The position numbers and the translations under genes are program-made. From Cyanidioschyzon merolae (Eukaryota), in the NCBI GenBank assembly GCA_000091205.1, contig AP006497.2: 64,000 bases of DNA, one strand, 5' to 3'. The notes beneath the pieces were generated by a model that did not search any database, was not told the DNA's origin, and was given only the letters and a program-made list of their open reading frames with translations. Shown one piece after another: positions 48,177 through 58,533 of this stretch (its first letter is position 1; each line of letters opens with the position of its first letter).

Positions 48177-51100
48177 TTACGCGTTGCGCTGGCGGTGCGC
48201 GCGCAAACGAGCCAGACGTTCACGTATCTGTTGAGTTTGCAGCGTAGGTGCACTGGTTGGTGGTGGTGGCGATGCTTCACTGCGTGGTGCTGCTGTTCCA
48301 GATGACGGAAGCGCTTCTAATGGAGTTGCAGGCGCGATAAGTGGAATCCGCTCCCAGTCTGTGTCCTGACGAGCCAACGCGTCCACAAGGCGAACGAGGA
48401 AAGGCTGCACAGCTACGGGAACGAGTCGCAAGTGACTGCGAACGGTGTCGATACCGCAGTGGTGGCAGAGTGCGCGAACCAAAAGACGGGCTTCGTCGCA
48501 GGTCTGTTGCACCCGATCTGCCGGCAAAGTGGCACACATCGTAAACAGTACGTGCAGTTCGTAGAGAAGCAGGTCCAAGTGTGTTTCCAGTAAAGGCGAG
48601 GTCGCACCAGTGACAGTTTTTTCAGTATTCGGGCCACTTGTGAGCACCTGGTTGCAAAGGCGATGTAAACACTTTTGCAGCATGACGATGCGGCTGGGCG
48701 TGGTTTCTTTCGAGGACGTTGGCGCTTGTGACACGGGCACTGTCTGGACGGAGCGCACCGCCGCACGAAGCGCCCGAACCAGCGCTCTGCTTAATACAAG
48801 CACGGGCGCGTGCTCCAGCGTCTTCAGCATGAGCAAGTTGTAGGCGCGGAGTAGCTGGGGTCCCTCAGGATACGCGGGTACTCGATGATCAAGAAGGCGA
48901 TCACAGACTTCAGTGATGAGTAGCTCCAGCGCCGCGAGAGAGAGCAGGCAAGCGAGTTCTCGTTTCATGATCAAGTGCATGAGCGCGTTGAGTAAGTACT
49001 TGACGATGCGCATTCCAGCAGCGTCGACTGGCGATGCCTCGGCTGCTGCAGCCAGCACCGACCGTATGCCTTGCGTCAGACCGAGGCACAGGTCTGCAGC
49101 GTGATGCTGGAGTGAGCGTTCCTGACCTGCTTTCATCATCGCTGAAAGCTCCTTGGCCGCCTGAATTCGTTCCTCTGCCGACGCTGACTCGCCGAGCAGC
49201 GTATGGCTGAGTCGTCGGACCTGCTGCTCGGCGGAATCCGCAGCAGCAGCAGCGCCAGAAGCAGCAGCACCAGAAGCAGCGACTGCTGTTGCGGTGACGC
49301 CTGCGCCAGCGGCGGGCACTGCGGTACGTCTCCAAAAACGACCTTCCGGGAGGCACGGGGTCGGTGCGATCGGCGGCTCGAAGCTGGTGTGCCTGTTTGC
49401 CGTCTCATCGAGACGGATGGCGCGCTCTGGGGGCAGCTGCAGGGACGGCACTGCAGACAGCGCTCGAGGCTCGCTCAATCCATCGATTGGTGGCTGCACG
49501 GGCCTCCGCCCGGTTGGCACCTGCGAGTCCAAGGCCGCTGTGCCCGTACCTACCACCACAGCGGTGTCTGCTTTGGCCCGAGCGAGCATCGCAGCAAATT
49601 GGGTATCACTGTGTTGCATGTCGGCGTCGAGTTGGAAGGCGTCCCTGCTGACCGGGACTGCTCCCAATGGGCTGCCATCACCAGCATTCAGGGTGTCTGC
49701 CTGCTCCGCATGCAAACGTCGCTCAGAGACATCGGATGCAGGTGTCTGCGGGGCCGATGCACCCCCCGGGGACGCCTGCGGAGACGACACAATGGAGCGA
49801 TTCGATCGTGCCGGTGACATGCTCCGAAACTTTTCAGTTCTGGTGAGAACGTCTTTGCGAACTTGTTCGTTGCTGATATCCCGAATTTGAGCTGCGATTG
49901 GAGCGTACCCAATGAGCCGAACGATAACTTCAACAAGTCGCTCTGCGAGCTGTCTCACGTGGCCATTTTTATCGCGAAAGCAGAGCAGGACCGGCTCCAG
50001 CACGAGGCGAGCTTCTGCCTCAGAGGGTGTTCTCTGCTCAGCGCCGCGAGACCAGCGTTCACATAGCCACTGCAGTGTCTCGAGACGAGCGGCGGGCAGC
50101 TCGAGGCTCAACGCTGCTGCGATGTAGCGCGCGAAGCTTGGCCTGCTATCTGTGTTATCACGTTCTACAGCAGGATACCACGCGCTCATGCACTGTAAAG
50201 CTGCCTCGCGTACCATTCTCTTGTTGTCGTTGACTCCATGCTGAATGACGGAACCCAGAAACAGGCGTAGAATCGAGTCATCCGCTCCGGGTAGTCGTTG
50301 CGTCTTCATACTTTCCACCGTTGCTTCGCCCAGGTGCGTGAGCACGTTCAGCGCGCATACCCCGAGGTTACGGTTTGTATCCGCAATGCGACTGGCTAGT
50401 GCTTTGAGTAGCTCAGGCGAGATGGTGCGAATATCCACCACAAGATCCGGCTCGGCGAGCTTTCGAAGTAAATCCTGGAGAGCCTCTTGGCGTAGTTTCC
50501 AGTTCGCGCTCTCCAGGTTTCGAAGCACGGGCTGGATCCGATCCAACACGAGCGTCCTTGTGGTGCCAGAGTGCCGTTCAGCGGGTGATGACCAAGCAGT
50601 CGAACCACAATTCGTTGGCATGCTGGACATGGTGCAGTTCGTGTAGCGCGACCCGCGTACCGACTTGAGCGGATTCTGCTCAGAACCTGCACCAGATTTT
50701 TCGACATCACCGCTCATGGGACCGTTGCAGTTCACCACTGATGGTGCGGCATTTTCCTGATCCAAATGTTCCAGTTGTGCCCGATAAGCGGCAGGAATAC
50801 CGAGTTCGACGAGTCCGCGCTGCATCTCAGTGCCATATTTGCTTCGTACAAGCGAAGCAATGACTCGCAAAACAACATCAGCACAAGCTGGTGGCTGCTC
50901 CGGAAGCAGCGGTCTGGTCATGTCGAGCACAGCTCCCATGGGCAACGAGTCCATTCCGAAACGCTCTACCAGCTGGTACTGAATGAATTCCAACGCCAAG
51001 ATTCGAGCACGTAAATCCGGAATATCCCTGCATACTCGTTCGAAACAGGCGAACACAAGAGCGGGCGTCCCCAAGCTCGCTAGTTCGAGTAGAAGCTGGG

Positions 51101-53330
51101 AGCACTCGGTCAGGCCGGGTGCCTGAATCAACAAATAGGCAATCGTTTCCGCAAGGGAAGCGACACGTGCAGTACGAAGACTTGTCTGCGGACACTGCGC
51201 AATCGTCGTATGTATTCGTTGCACGAGCGCTCGACATCGTCCAAGCGCTCCGTGATCATCGGATTCAACCGCTTGTTCCACGAGTTGCTCAAGCGCCTTG
51301 CATTCCTGTTCTAGGAGCGCCCCCGAGTATACACTTGAATGGTCCTCATCGTTCCCAGCTACGAGCATGTCCTTTGCGATCGGTGTTCTGCGGGATCCCG
51401 CGGCTGCGTCAGCCAGCACGATGCCTTCTCCATCCGATGCCTTGCGAAGCATTCGCTCAGGGCCCGCCCCAGCCGTTGACGCTATCCGTTCGTGAGCGTC
51501 ATGCGCTGCTGCTGCTCCTGCTGCTGCTGCTGCTGATACCGGAGCGTCCATCTTGCCAGGGCGTTTCGGCGGCACTGCAAAGGAGTCCTCGATGATACTA
51601 CTGGAGAGGTAAGATGCAGCATTCGGTTTTCGCCCGGGCTGCGCGCTAGACACTTGTTGTGCAGGAGATGCAGGTTTGGCACGCAGCTCTTTGCTTTCAT
51701 CTGCCACAATTTTCTGAATCTTGTCCAACTTGCTCTTCTCGAGACCTTCGATAAGCGACGAAACGGCGTTCGTGCCACATTGAACTTGCAATAGTGCGAC
51801 GCACTCGAGAGCTGCCTCCCGTACATCTGCAGCGGCATCAGCCGTGGTCTGCGCAAGCATCAGTTTGAGCTCGCGCAGCGCCGGACGCAAGTCTTGGGCG
51901 CTACATTGGCGAATGAGTCGGGAACACCATTGCAGTGCGATGGTGCGGCTCCCAGGCACTTTTGCAGTTGCAGCTTCTATGATTGCTGGAGTCACTTCGG
52001 AAAACTCAACAGCTCTGCTTGCTGCCAGAGCATCCAAAGCCGCGCGCAACGCCTCTACCAGAATGCGATTCTTCTCCTTGAGGCGACTCAGGGCTACGAT
52101 AGCGAGCATTTTGCCGTATGCACGGAAGTTCTTGTCCGACTTGGTCGCCAACTGAGCGATGACGCGTGCGGCCGCTGTTGCTACCGCAACATTCGCGTCT
52201 TTTCCGATCAGTCTCTGAATCTCTGCGGCTAACTGGCTTCCTCGAGTGGTGTCAATATGCGAGGCTGCCTGCAGCTTCTCCAAAAAGTTATCCAAAGCAC
52301 TCTTACGTACACTCCATTTTTGATGACCTAAAGCCTGAAAAAAGTCCAGTGTCTGTTGTGACTTACCTTCATCCTCTGCATCCACCCGAACCTGTACCGC
52401 GTCTACGAGGCTACCGATGCATACACCCGGATCAGCGTCCGCCCTACAGGCCAGAGAAGGGTCCCTTTCGGGTATCGCCTTGGTCGAAGCGCGAGGTGCA
52501 CCTGCGCTCTCCTCCCGCGGTTGCTGTGACCTGACTCTTTGCGTTCGTTCCAGGCGACGCGTTAGACGCGGCGGCTTTCGCTTCTGGCCTGGAACATGGG
52601 TGGCGTGCTCCGCTAGGTTCCGACAGGCCTCGGTGAGCTCCGCCTTCATGACTGGTTTGATGTCCACTTGCTTTAAGATGCGCTCTAGGAAGGATTGTCC
52701 CAGCCATGAGTAGATTTCAAGAAGCAGTGCTTTGCCGGCTGATCGAACTTCCTGATTGGAATGGTCGAGGAGCTTGTCGAGCCCTTTGCTTGCTGCGTTC
52801 GCAGAAATCGCAGCTTCGCCGTTGCTACCACAACCGAACTCCCTGATGCATGTCCGCAGGATATCAGCTGCTGCAGATACCACTTTTGGTAACCGGTTTT
52901 CATAGCCCACGTCGCAAAGAACGGTGACTAGGTCATCACCGGCATCGCAGGAAACGAGCCCCAAAGCAGCGTCAAGGGCTCTTGCTCGGTTCTGGGGCCG
53001 CCCCGCAAGGCACTTTTCGGCTATGCCTCGAGCAATAGCCGCAGCGGCACCGGTTTTCCGCAGTACCGCACTAGCAGTCGCGTCATCCGCACAAGCATCA
53101 CATAGTGCAACCACAGCATCAAGTGCAGCGAGTTGCACTGCTGCATTCGCATCCCGAACTGCCCCTGCAAGCAGGTTCGCATCAGAGGCACTCGGCGCCG
53201 TGCTACCGTTGGCAATCGCCTCTCGTACCTTTCGCAAGGCTGCCTCGCGAACACGCCAAAGTTTATGGCAAACCTGTTCAGGAATCGGGAGTTTCTTTGC
53301 TTCCTCTATCAGCTGATCTTCGTCAGTCAT
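48177..53330 (-). CDS. XMAP215/Dis1/MOR1-family TOG-domain microtubule polymerase.
   Basis: The N terminus MTDEDQLIEEAKKLPIPEQVCHKLWRVREAAL...VQLAALDAVVALCDAC parallels ch-TOG (LKLPVDQKCEHKLWKAR...VVQLKGLEAAL.YVENA). About 1715 aa of HEAT/TOG-like repeats follow. The track start at 53354 is TTG. The first ATG is at 53330. Confidence 0.85.
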   Translation of the reverse strand: MTDEDQLIEEAKKLPIPEQVCHKLWRVREAALRKVREAIANGSTAPSASDANLLAGAVRDANAAVQLAALDAVVALCDACADDATASAVLRKTGAAAAIARGIAEKCLAGRPQNRARALDAALGLVSCDAGDDLVTVLCDVGYENRLPKVVSAAADILRTCIREFGCGSNGEAAISANAASKGLDKLLDHSNQEVRSAGKALLLEIYSWLGQSFLERILKQVDIKPVMKAELTEACRNLAEHATHVPGQKRKPPRLTRRLERTQRVRSQQPREESAGAPRASTKAIPERDPSLACRADADPGVCIGSLVDAVQVRVDAEDEGKSQQTLDFFQALGHQKWSVRKSALDNFLEKLQAASHIDTTRGSQLAAEIQRLIGKDANVAVATAAARVIAQLATKSDKNFRAYGKMLAIVALSRLKEKNRILVEALRAALDALAASRAVEFSEVTPAIIEAATAKVPGSRTIALQWCSRLIRQCSAQDLRPALRELKLMLAQTTADAAADVREAALECVALLQVQCGTNAVSSLIEGLEKSKLDKIQKIVADESKELRAKPASPAQQVSSAQPGRKPNAASYLSSSIIEDSFAVPPKRPGKMDAPVSAAAAAGAAAAHDAHERIASTAGAGPERMLRKASDGEGIVLADAAAGSRRTPIAKDMLVAGNDEDHSSVYSGALLEQECKALEQLVEQAVESDDHGALGRCRALVQRIHTTIAQCPQTSLRTARVASLAETIAYLLIQAPGLTECSQLLLELASLGTPALVFACFERVCRDIPDLRARILALEFIQYQLVERFGMDSLPMGAVLDMTRPLLPEQPPACADVVLRVIASLVRSKYGTEMQRGLVELGIPAAYRAQLEHLDQENAAPSVVNCNGPMSGDVEKSGAGSEQNPLKSVRGSRYTNCTMSSMPTNCGSTAWSSPAERHSGTTRTLVLDRIQPVLRNLESANWKLRQEALQDLLRKLAEPDLVVDIRTISPELLKALASRIADTNRNLGVCALNVLTHLGEATVESMKTQRLPGADDSILRLFLGSVIQHGVNDNKRMVREAALQCMSAWYPAVERDNTDSRPSFARYIAAALSLELPAARLETLQWLCERWSRGAEQRTPSEAEARLVLEPVLLCFRDKNGHVRQLAERLVEVIVRLIGYAPIAAQIRDISNEQVRKDVLTRTEKFRSMSPARSNRSIVSSPQASPGGASAPQTPASDVSERRLHAEQADTLNAGDGSPLGAVPVSRDAFQLDADMQHSDTQFAAMLARAKADTAVVVGTGTAALDSQVPTGRRPVQPPIDGLSEPRALSAVPSLQLPPERAIRLDETANRHTSFEPPIAPTPCLPEGRFWRRTAVPAAGAGVTATAVAASGAAASGAAAAADSAEQQVRRLSHTLLGESASAEERIQAAKELSAMMKAGQERSLQHHAADLCLGLTQGIRSVLAAAAEASPVDAAGMRIVKYLLNALMHLIMKRELACLLSLAALELLITEVCDRLLDHRVPAYPEGPQLLRAYNLLMLKTLEHAPVLVLSRALVRALRAAVRSVQTVPVSQAPTSSKETTPSRIVMLQKCLHRLCNQVLTSGPNTEKTVTGATSPLLETHLDLLLYELHVLFTMCATLPADRVQQTCDEARLLVRALCHHCGIDTVRSHLRLVPVAVQPFLVRLVDALARQDTDWERIPLIAPATPLEALPSSGTAAPRSEASPPPPTSAPTLQTQQIRERLARLRAHRQRNA

Positions 53331-55043
53331 GACGACGAGACCCAGCTGCAGCAACAGCAGTAACTACAAAAGCTTGACGGCAGCGTTGCGCTTCGCGTGA
53401 TCAGCAACGAAGTCGCCACGGCAGAAAAATTCAAAATGGCGAGCGGGCTTTGGGCCGCCCTTTCATGAAGGCGCGCAGTGGCAGCAGCGAGGATGGCCCG
53501 CTGATGCTGTGGTCATATATGGATATAATGTACTAATTAGTACAGACTGCATCGGGTATCCCTAGACCCCCTGCTACGCAATCACGCAAATGCTTTGATC
53601 GCTTCGCAGTCCGGAAAAGTCAGGGCGCCACGTATACATCCATGTCTCGCGAATGATGCTCCTGGACAATTGATGAACGATAATGGTGTTTCAGCATTCG
53701 ATTCTACCGAATTTATGATCCAGATACGTTGATTCCATACGAGGGAAAAGCTGCTATCATGACTAAGCGCTGAGAGCTACGAGCGCGCTTTCTTGCCAAA
53801 AAGTTCCGTTTCATGTTCAGGCTGCATTCTTCAGCTCGGATTCCTGATGACGCAGGTATCCGTTCGATGGTAATGCCGTATGGTATCCCGTAAATGGCCT
53901 TTCTGGTCTGGGCCTCATGCGCAGGGCTCGGTACCCACCGATGATCGAGTCGCAGGTCACCCGATCCATTTTCTCGATAGCGGAAGGAGGAAGTGTTCGC
54001 GGCCTATATGCACGTACATCGACAGCGATGCCGCTGCTTCTTGAGCAGTTTCCTCTTGTATGGAGCATTTTAGCGCTTGTGTGTATGGACCGGAGCTCTC
54101 GAAAGTACGGAAATACTTCCCGAAAATTTGCGGCTTGTGGAACACATCCGGCTCGTGCACCATCGTTGACGTGCCCTGGTGCCGTAAGCGAGGCTTTAGT
54201 GCCGGTCCGGTGCGTTTCCGGGACCCTCCACGACAACGGAACTGTTCCCGTATATGTCCGTAAAACGCCATAGCCGTGAATGGAAGTGCTGTCTCTGACG
54301 TCTTTTATCTAGGTCTGCGGCGTACCGATGACGATCTTGACAGAATCCACAGGGATGAACGGTGCATCGTCGACACGGATTCTAGTTTGGTGCACGTGCA
54401 TGAGCAGGAACTAGGGATCGATGCACCGCATGATGCTCCAATTGGAAATGTTGTGTCCGACACTCCCTATGCATGCGTTTGAATGTGTCCAAATTCTAGA
54501 CGCTTATTGTCGATGACGATCACGTATCCATGGAAACCCGCCTAGATGCGCCTACCTTGCAGCATGAAATGCCCCGGCAACATTTTGCCTCGGTGCAATC
54601 CTAAAACCCATGCAGTTTTTTGGTCCTGACCCTGAAGCAAAGAACCTGCTCGGTAACGCTCCTGCAATAGACACATCTGACACGTTCCTCGCGTTTGCGC
54701 CATACGGAAATCCATCGATGCCAACTGAGACGCGATCCCCAGCTTCATCTATATCCATCCTTGGCAAAGTGCTGATCGGCTCCATAAATACTCGCACCGC
54801 GTCGAAAACTGCACCTGCCTGCTTAACGTCTCTATTTGTGGTCAGCTACTGTCATCCGTCTGCAGGAGCTTGCAGCGATGAACCGCACGGAAACGCAGCA
54901 GAGGCCGGTACGACCCGCCGCACGCGTCCAGGACGAACTGCACCAGCCGCATCGCGCGCTACGCGCCGTCGGTCTGCTGAAACTGCTCGTGCCGTGCAGC
55001 TTCTACACAGTCACGGGTTTGGTGTGCACTACGGCCTCCAGGT

Positions 55044-55862
55044 ATGGCCGGTGTTGGATCAGGTTATGATCTCACGACGACAACGTTTTCACCAGAGGGT
55101 CGCGTTTATCAAGTGGAGTATGCGACCAAGGCTGTTGAACAAAGTGGCACGGTGATCGGCATTCGCTGCGTGGACGGTGTGGTGCTCGCTGTCGAGAATC
55201 TGCGCGGTGTCAAACTATTACGTCCAGACTCGCTCCGCCGAATTTTCGCAGTGGATCGTCATATTGGCATAGCAGTTGCGGGTATCGGCCCTGATGGCCG
55301 GCACATGGTCGGCCGAGCGCGCAGCGAAGCACAGAACTACCGTTCCGTTTATGCGGAGGAAATTCCCCCGAGCCTGCTCGCAGAGCGTTTAGCGAGCTAT
55401 GCGCACGTGTACTCACTTTATTGGCACGTGCGGCCTTTTGGTTGCACCATCCTCATAGGCGGTTGGGATGCTTCTCAAGGACCCTGTCTATACGTTGTCG
55501 AGCCTGACGGTAGCGGATACAAATACCGGGCATATGCAAACGGCAAGGGTCGCACCGCAGTGCGCACAGCGCTGAATAAACTCAACTTTGAGCAGCTCAC
55601 TTGCACCTCAGCAGTTCAAGAGATAGCGCGTATGATTCATCAGTCTCGGGATATCGCTAAAGATAAACCGTACGAGCTAGAGATGGCTTGGATCAGCGAG
55701 GCCAGCGATCACAAGTTCGCTCGCGTCCCAGGGGCACTTGTCGTCAGTTCTCGACAAGCGGTTGAGGAGGAGCCTCAACAGATGGAGACCGGTGGAAGCA
55801 CTGCCTCGGCGGATAGAGGTGAAACCCCGTCAACATCAACACACATCATGGAAGAGAGCTAA
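55044..55862 (+). CDS. PSMA3: 20S proteasome alpha subunit type-3 (alpha7).
   Basis: MAGVGSGYDLTTTTFSPEGRVYQVEYATKAVEQSGTVIGIRCVDGVVLAVEN...RIFAVDRHIG.AVAG...D........R.EA.N.R......IP...LA.R.A.Y.H.Y.L...VRPFGC is nearly colinear with PSMA3 ([48 protein letters not shown]). The ORF begins with an ATG at 55044. Confidence 0.9.
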   Translation: MAGVGSGYDLTTTTFSPEGRVYQVEYATKAVEQSGTVIGIRCVDGVVLAVENLRGVKLLRPDSLRRIFAVDRHIGIAVAGIGPDGRHMVGRARSEAQNYRSVYAEEIPPSLLAERLASYAHVYSLYWHVRPFGCTILIGGWDASQGPCLYVVEPDGSGYKYRAYANGKGRTAVRTALNKLNFEQLTCTSAVQEIARMIHQSRDIAKDKPYELEMAWISEASDHKFARVPGALVVSSRQAVEEEPQQMETGGSTASADRGETPSTSTHIMEES

Positions 55863-58533
55863 ATGAATGTCGGTGTGATGCTGGTACTCGGTTTTGCTGA
55901 TGGCAGCAACGCCCTGGTGTTCGTATTCACCAGCTTGGTTCTTGGAGAGTGTCTCTGCGCTGTATCGAATGCTCTTCGGTTTTAGACTGGGCCGGGTGAC
56001 GCATTTTCAGCGTAAGCGCATGAAATGCTCGAAAATGTAGCTGTTGCCTTGTTTCTGCGTGACATGCTTCTCGAATTCCTGCACGGAGACTACTCTGTCC
56101 GTGACCATATTGACAGCGTTTCCTCGCTAGGATACTGTCAGGCACCAATTCGAGCGAAACAGTGCACGTCGAGAACCTCTGGCATCTCGGTTGTCCCTGG
56201 GGATTCCAGTGAGGATCGTTGCTTCCATGGAGAGGTCGTGTGGGTACATCAAGAAAATTCTTCCTATCAAGATGCCAGTTGCGTACTAGCTGGAGTTCAT
56301 GAAATTTAGTTCTTGAAAAAGGGCAACAACGTGCATGAAATGCGTTACCTACACGTCATTCGTTGCCCATGGCTTATTGTTGTCCATGCCCTGCTGCATG
56401 CGGGCACCGGAAGCGCTCTAGATCGGTTATCGGGGAGAACACGTCCTGGATCAGGGAGTGCTCCTCTGTGGATACGCGTCTCGCGCACTGGGCGGTAATC
56501 GCTTTCACCGGCATGCCATTTTTATGATCCCTCAATGGGTACCATGCGTGATGGCAAATTTTGCATGCCTGGAGCCCCGGTACATCCATCCGTTCTTTTC
56601 ACACGAGTTTCGCATCCGTGTCTTTGCCAGACAAAACACATGGCACATGGAACTCTTGACGCAATGTGGTTCTCTCTACCAAAACAGTCAGCTGGTATCC
56701 ATTGGCTGCGTGGATATCCCCGACCGACGAGCATACGTGCGCACCAGCGTCCGCTTCACGTGACGTGCACGCTGTCGAGGCCACTGCACGCCGCCTATTC
56801 TATGGCGTTGTTTTAGATGCTTTCTGCGTATTACAGGCAAATGCGCTTCAAGCAAATTGCGTTTAGATGAATTCTTGAGCAGCTCTGACAGTCTTCCGTT
56901 TCCGATGTATGCTAAAAAACGTGTCCAACTCGTGCCATACTTCAGAGTTGAAACACCATGGCTCAGGAGGCTCCGCAGCTGCCGTTTTCGTGTAGAGCCT
57001 CGTTCCAGAAAGGCCGTGCGCATGCATTATGGAGGCTTCACACCCGGCTGTTTCGTAGCAGCGTCGCTCACACAGAGCGCCTCGAACCGCCCTGCCTCGA
57101 CCCTATCCGCTGTGACACGGCTGACGCAGCCGTTCGCTCGCCGTCAAGCCGCGCTTCCTGTCACGAGTTTCGCATCCAGTCACCGCTTCTGCAACATGCG
57201 TGCGTCCGTTTGAAATGAAGTGAGTCTAAGGAAAGAACGTACGGAAAAATCTGTAGCGACAAGCCCTAGACATACTCTAACAGCTTGATCCATAAGTCGC
57301 GCGTGTTGCGAAACGTGCAGATAGCAACTCGGTAAATGCGTGTGCACGCACGCATCCGGTTCATCGCATCTGTGCTGAACTGACACAGCCGATTCCTTTA
57401 TATACTGATTTATGCAGGAAATAACTACTGCGCGCGTGGCCTAACACGCTGCGCCTCACGGCATGACACCGATGGGGGCGGTTGGGCCCGATGGAGAAGG
57501 CGTTGGACTTCGGCTTCAGTTTGGAATCCATCCAAAGATTGGGGGTTCAAGTCCCCCCGCGCGTGTTGTTTTGTACCGGATTCCACGGAGGTGATGGAAC
57601 GAGACGCACTGTCTGGACAACACTTATGCGGTGCTCAACACAACGGCTGAGTGATTCCCAGCACGAACGCGTACAGGTACCGCTGGTTGTGACCGAACGC
57701 TGTAGACTCGGGATCCGGGTTGTCCGTTGAACTGCCGGGATGCGCCTCGCGACAACGAGTCCCAAGTTTGGAAAACGTCCACGAATATCACTCGCTGTCG
57801 ATAGCGGCTTGCGAGTCGCTTCCGCTTGCCGAAGAAAGTACCGACACTGCACCAGTGACTTTCGCACCAGACTAGAGGTGCTCCAAAGGCGCTGCAGCCT
57901 AGTTTATGAGATGGTTATCCCTAGAAAATTGGGCAGAACCTGGAATCTCCCTGGACGTCACGGCGTTTGAGCATCGCATGCAGCTGATCACGTTTCACCG
58001 AGGCGTAACTGAGCGTACGCTCGAACTGGGAAACCAAAACGAAACGACGACTAAACTCGGATACGAAACGTTTTGGCAAAAGCGTGCCAGGCAAGCCGCC
58101 TCTCTATCCTACGAAACCAAACGCACACGACTGCTATTCTCGGACTCGGAATTTTTTCAGAAACGCGTACCGGACGATTACCCGCGTGCTCCGGGTCCAG
58201 GAAAAGTCACACACTCGTTGTTTCCGCGTTGCAGATTCCGCATCGATAGTCTCACCAGGGCACGGTTCCCTTCCGATGGGTATCGAAGCGATCATTCTTT
58301 GTGATCTGCGGTACGCTTACAAAGTCCGTGAATGCGCGGAGGAAGCACGTACAGCTTCTCGAGTTGATCAGCGGACGGCAGCGCCACACGCAAGCACATA
58401 CACACCGAGAGAGACACCATGGCGACAGCGTTCGCCATTTCGTCGTACCGTGCCACCACGTCGTCCAGTCGGACACGAGTCATTCATGTCCAGCGCATGT
58501 ATGCCGAGTCGATATCGAAGTATTTTCATCGCT

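Noticed and set aside
57536-57566. tRNA-like T-arm (ggggg-ttcaagt-ccccc followed by gcgcgtg), considered as a possible tRNA gene in the PSMA3-NOC2 intergenic region.
   Set aside because: No complementary 5' acceptor strand lies within 70-95 nt upstream. No D-arm, and no anticodon stem with a 7-nt loop, can be folded even allowing an intron. It is most likely a chance hairpin or a tRNA-derived fragment.
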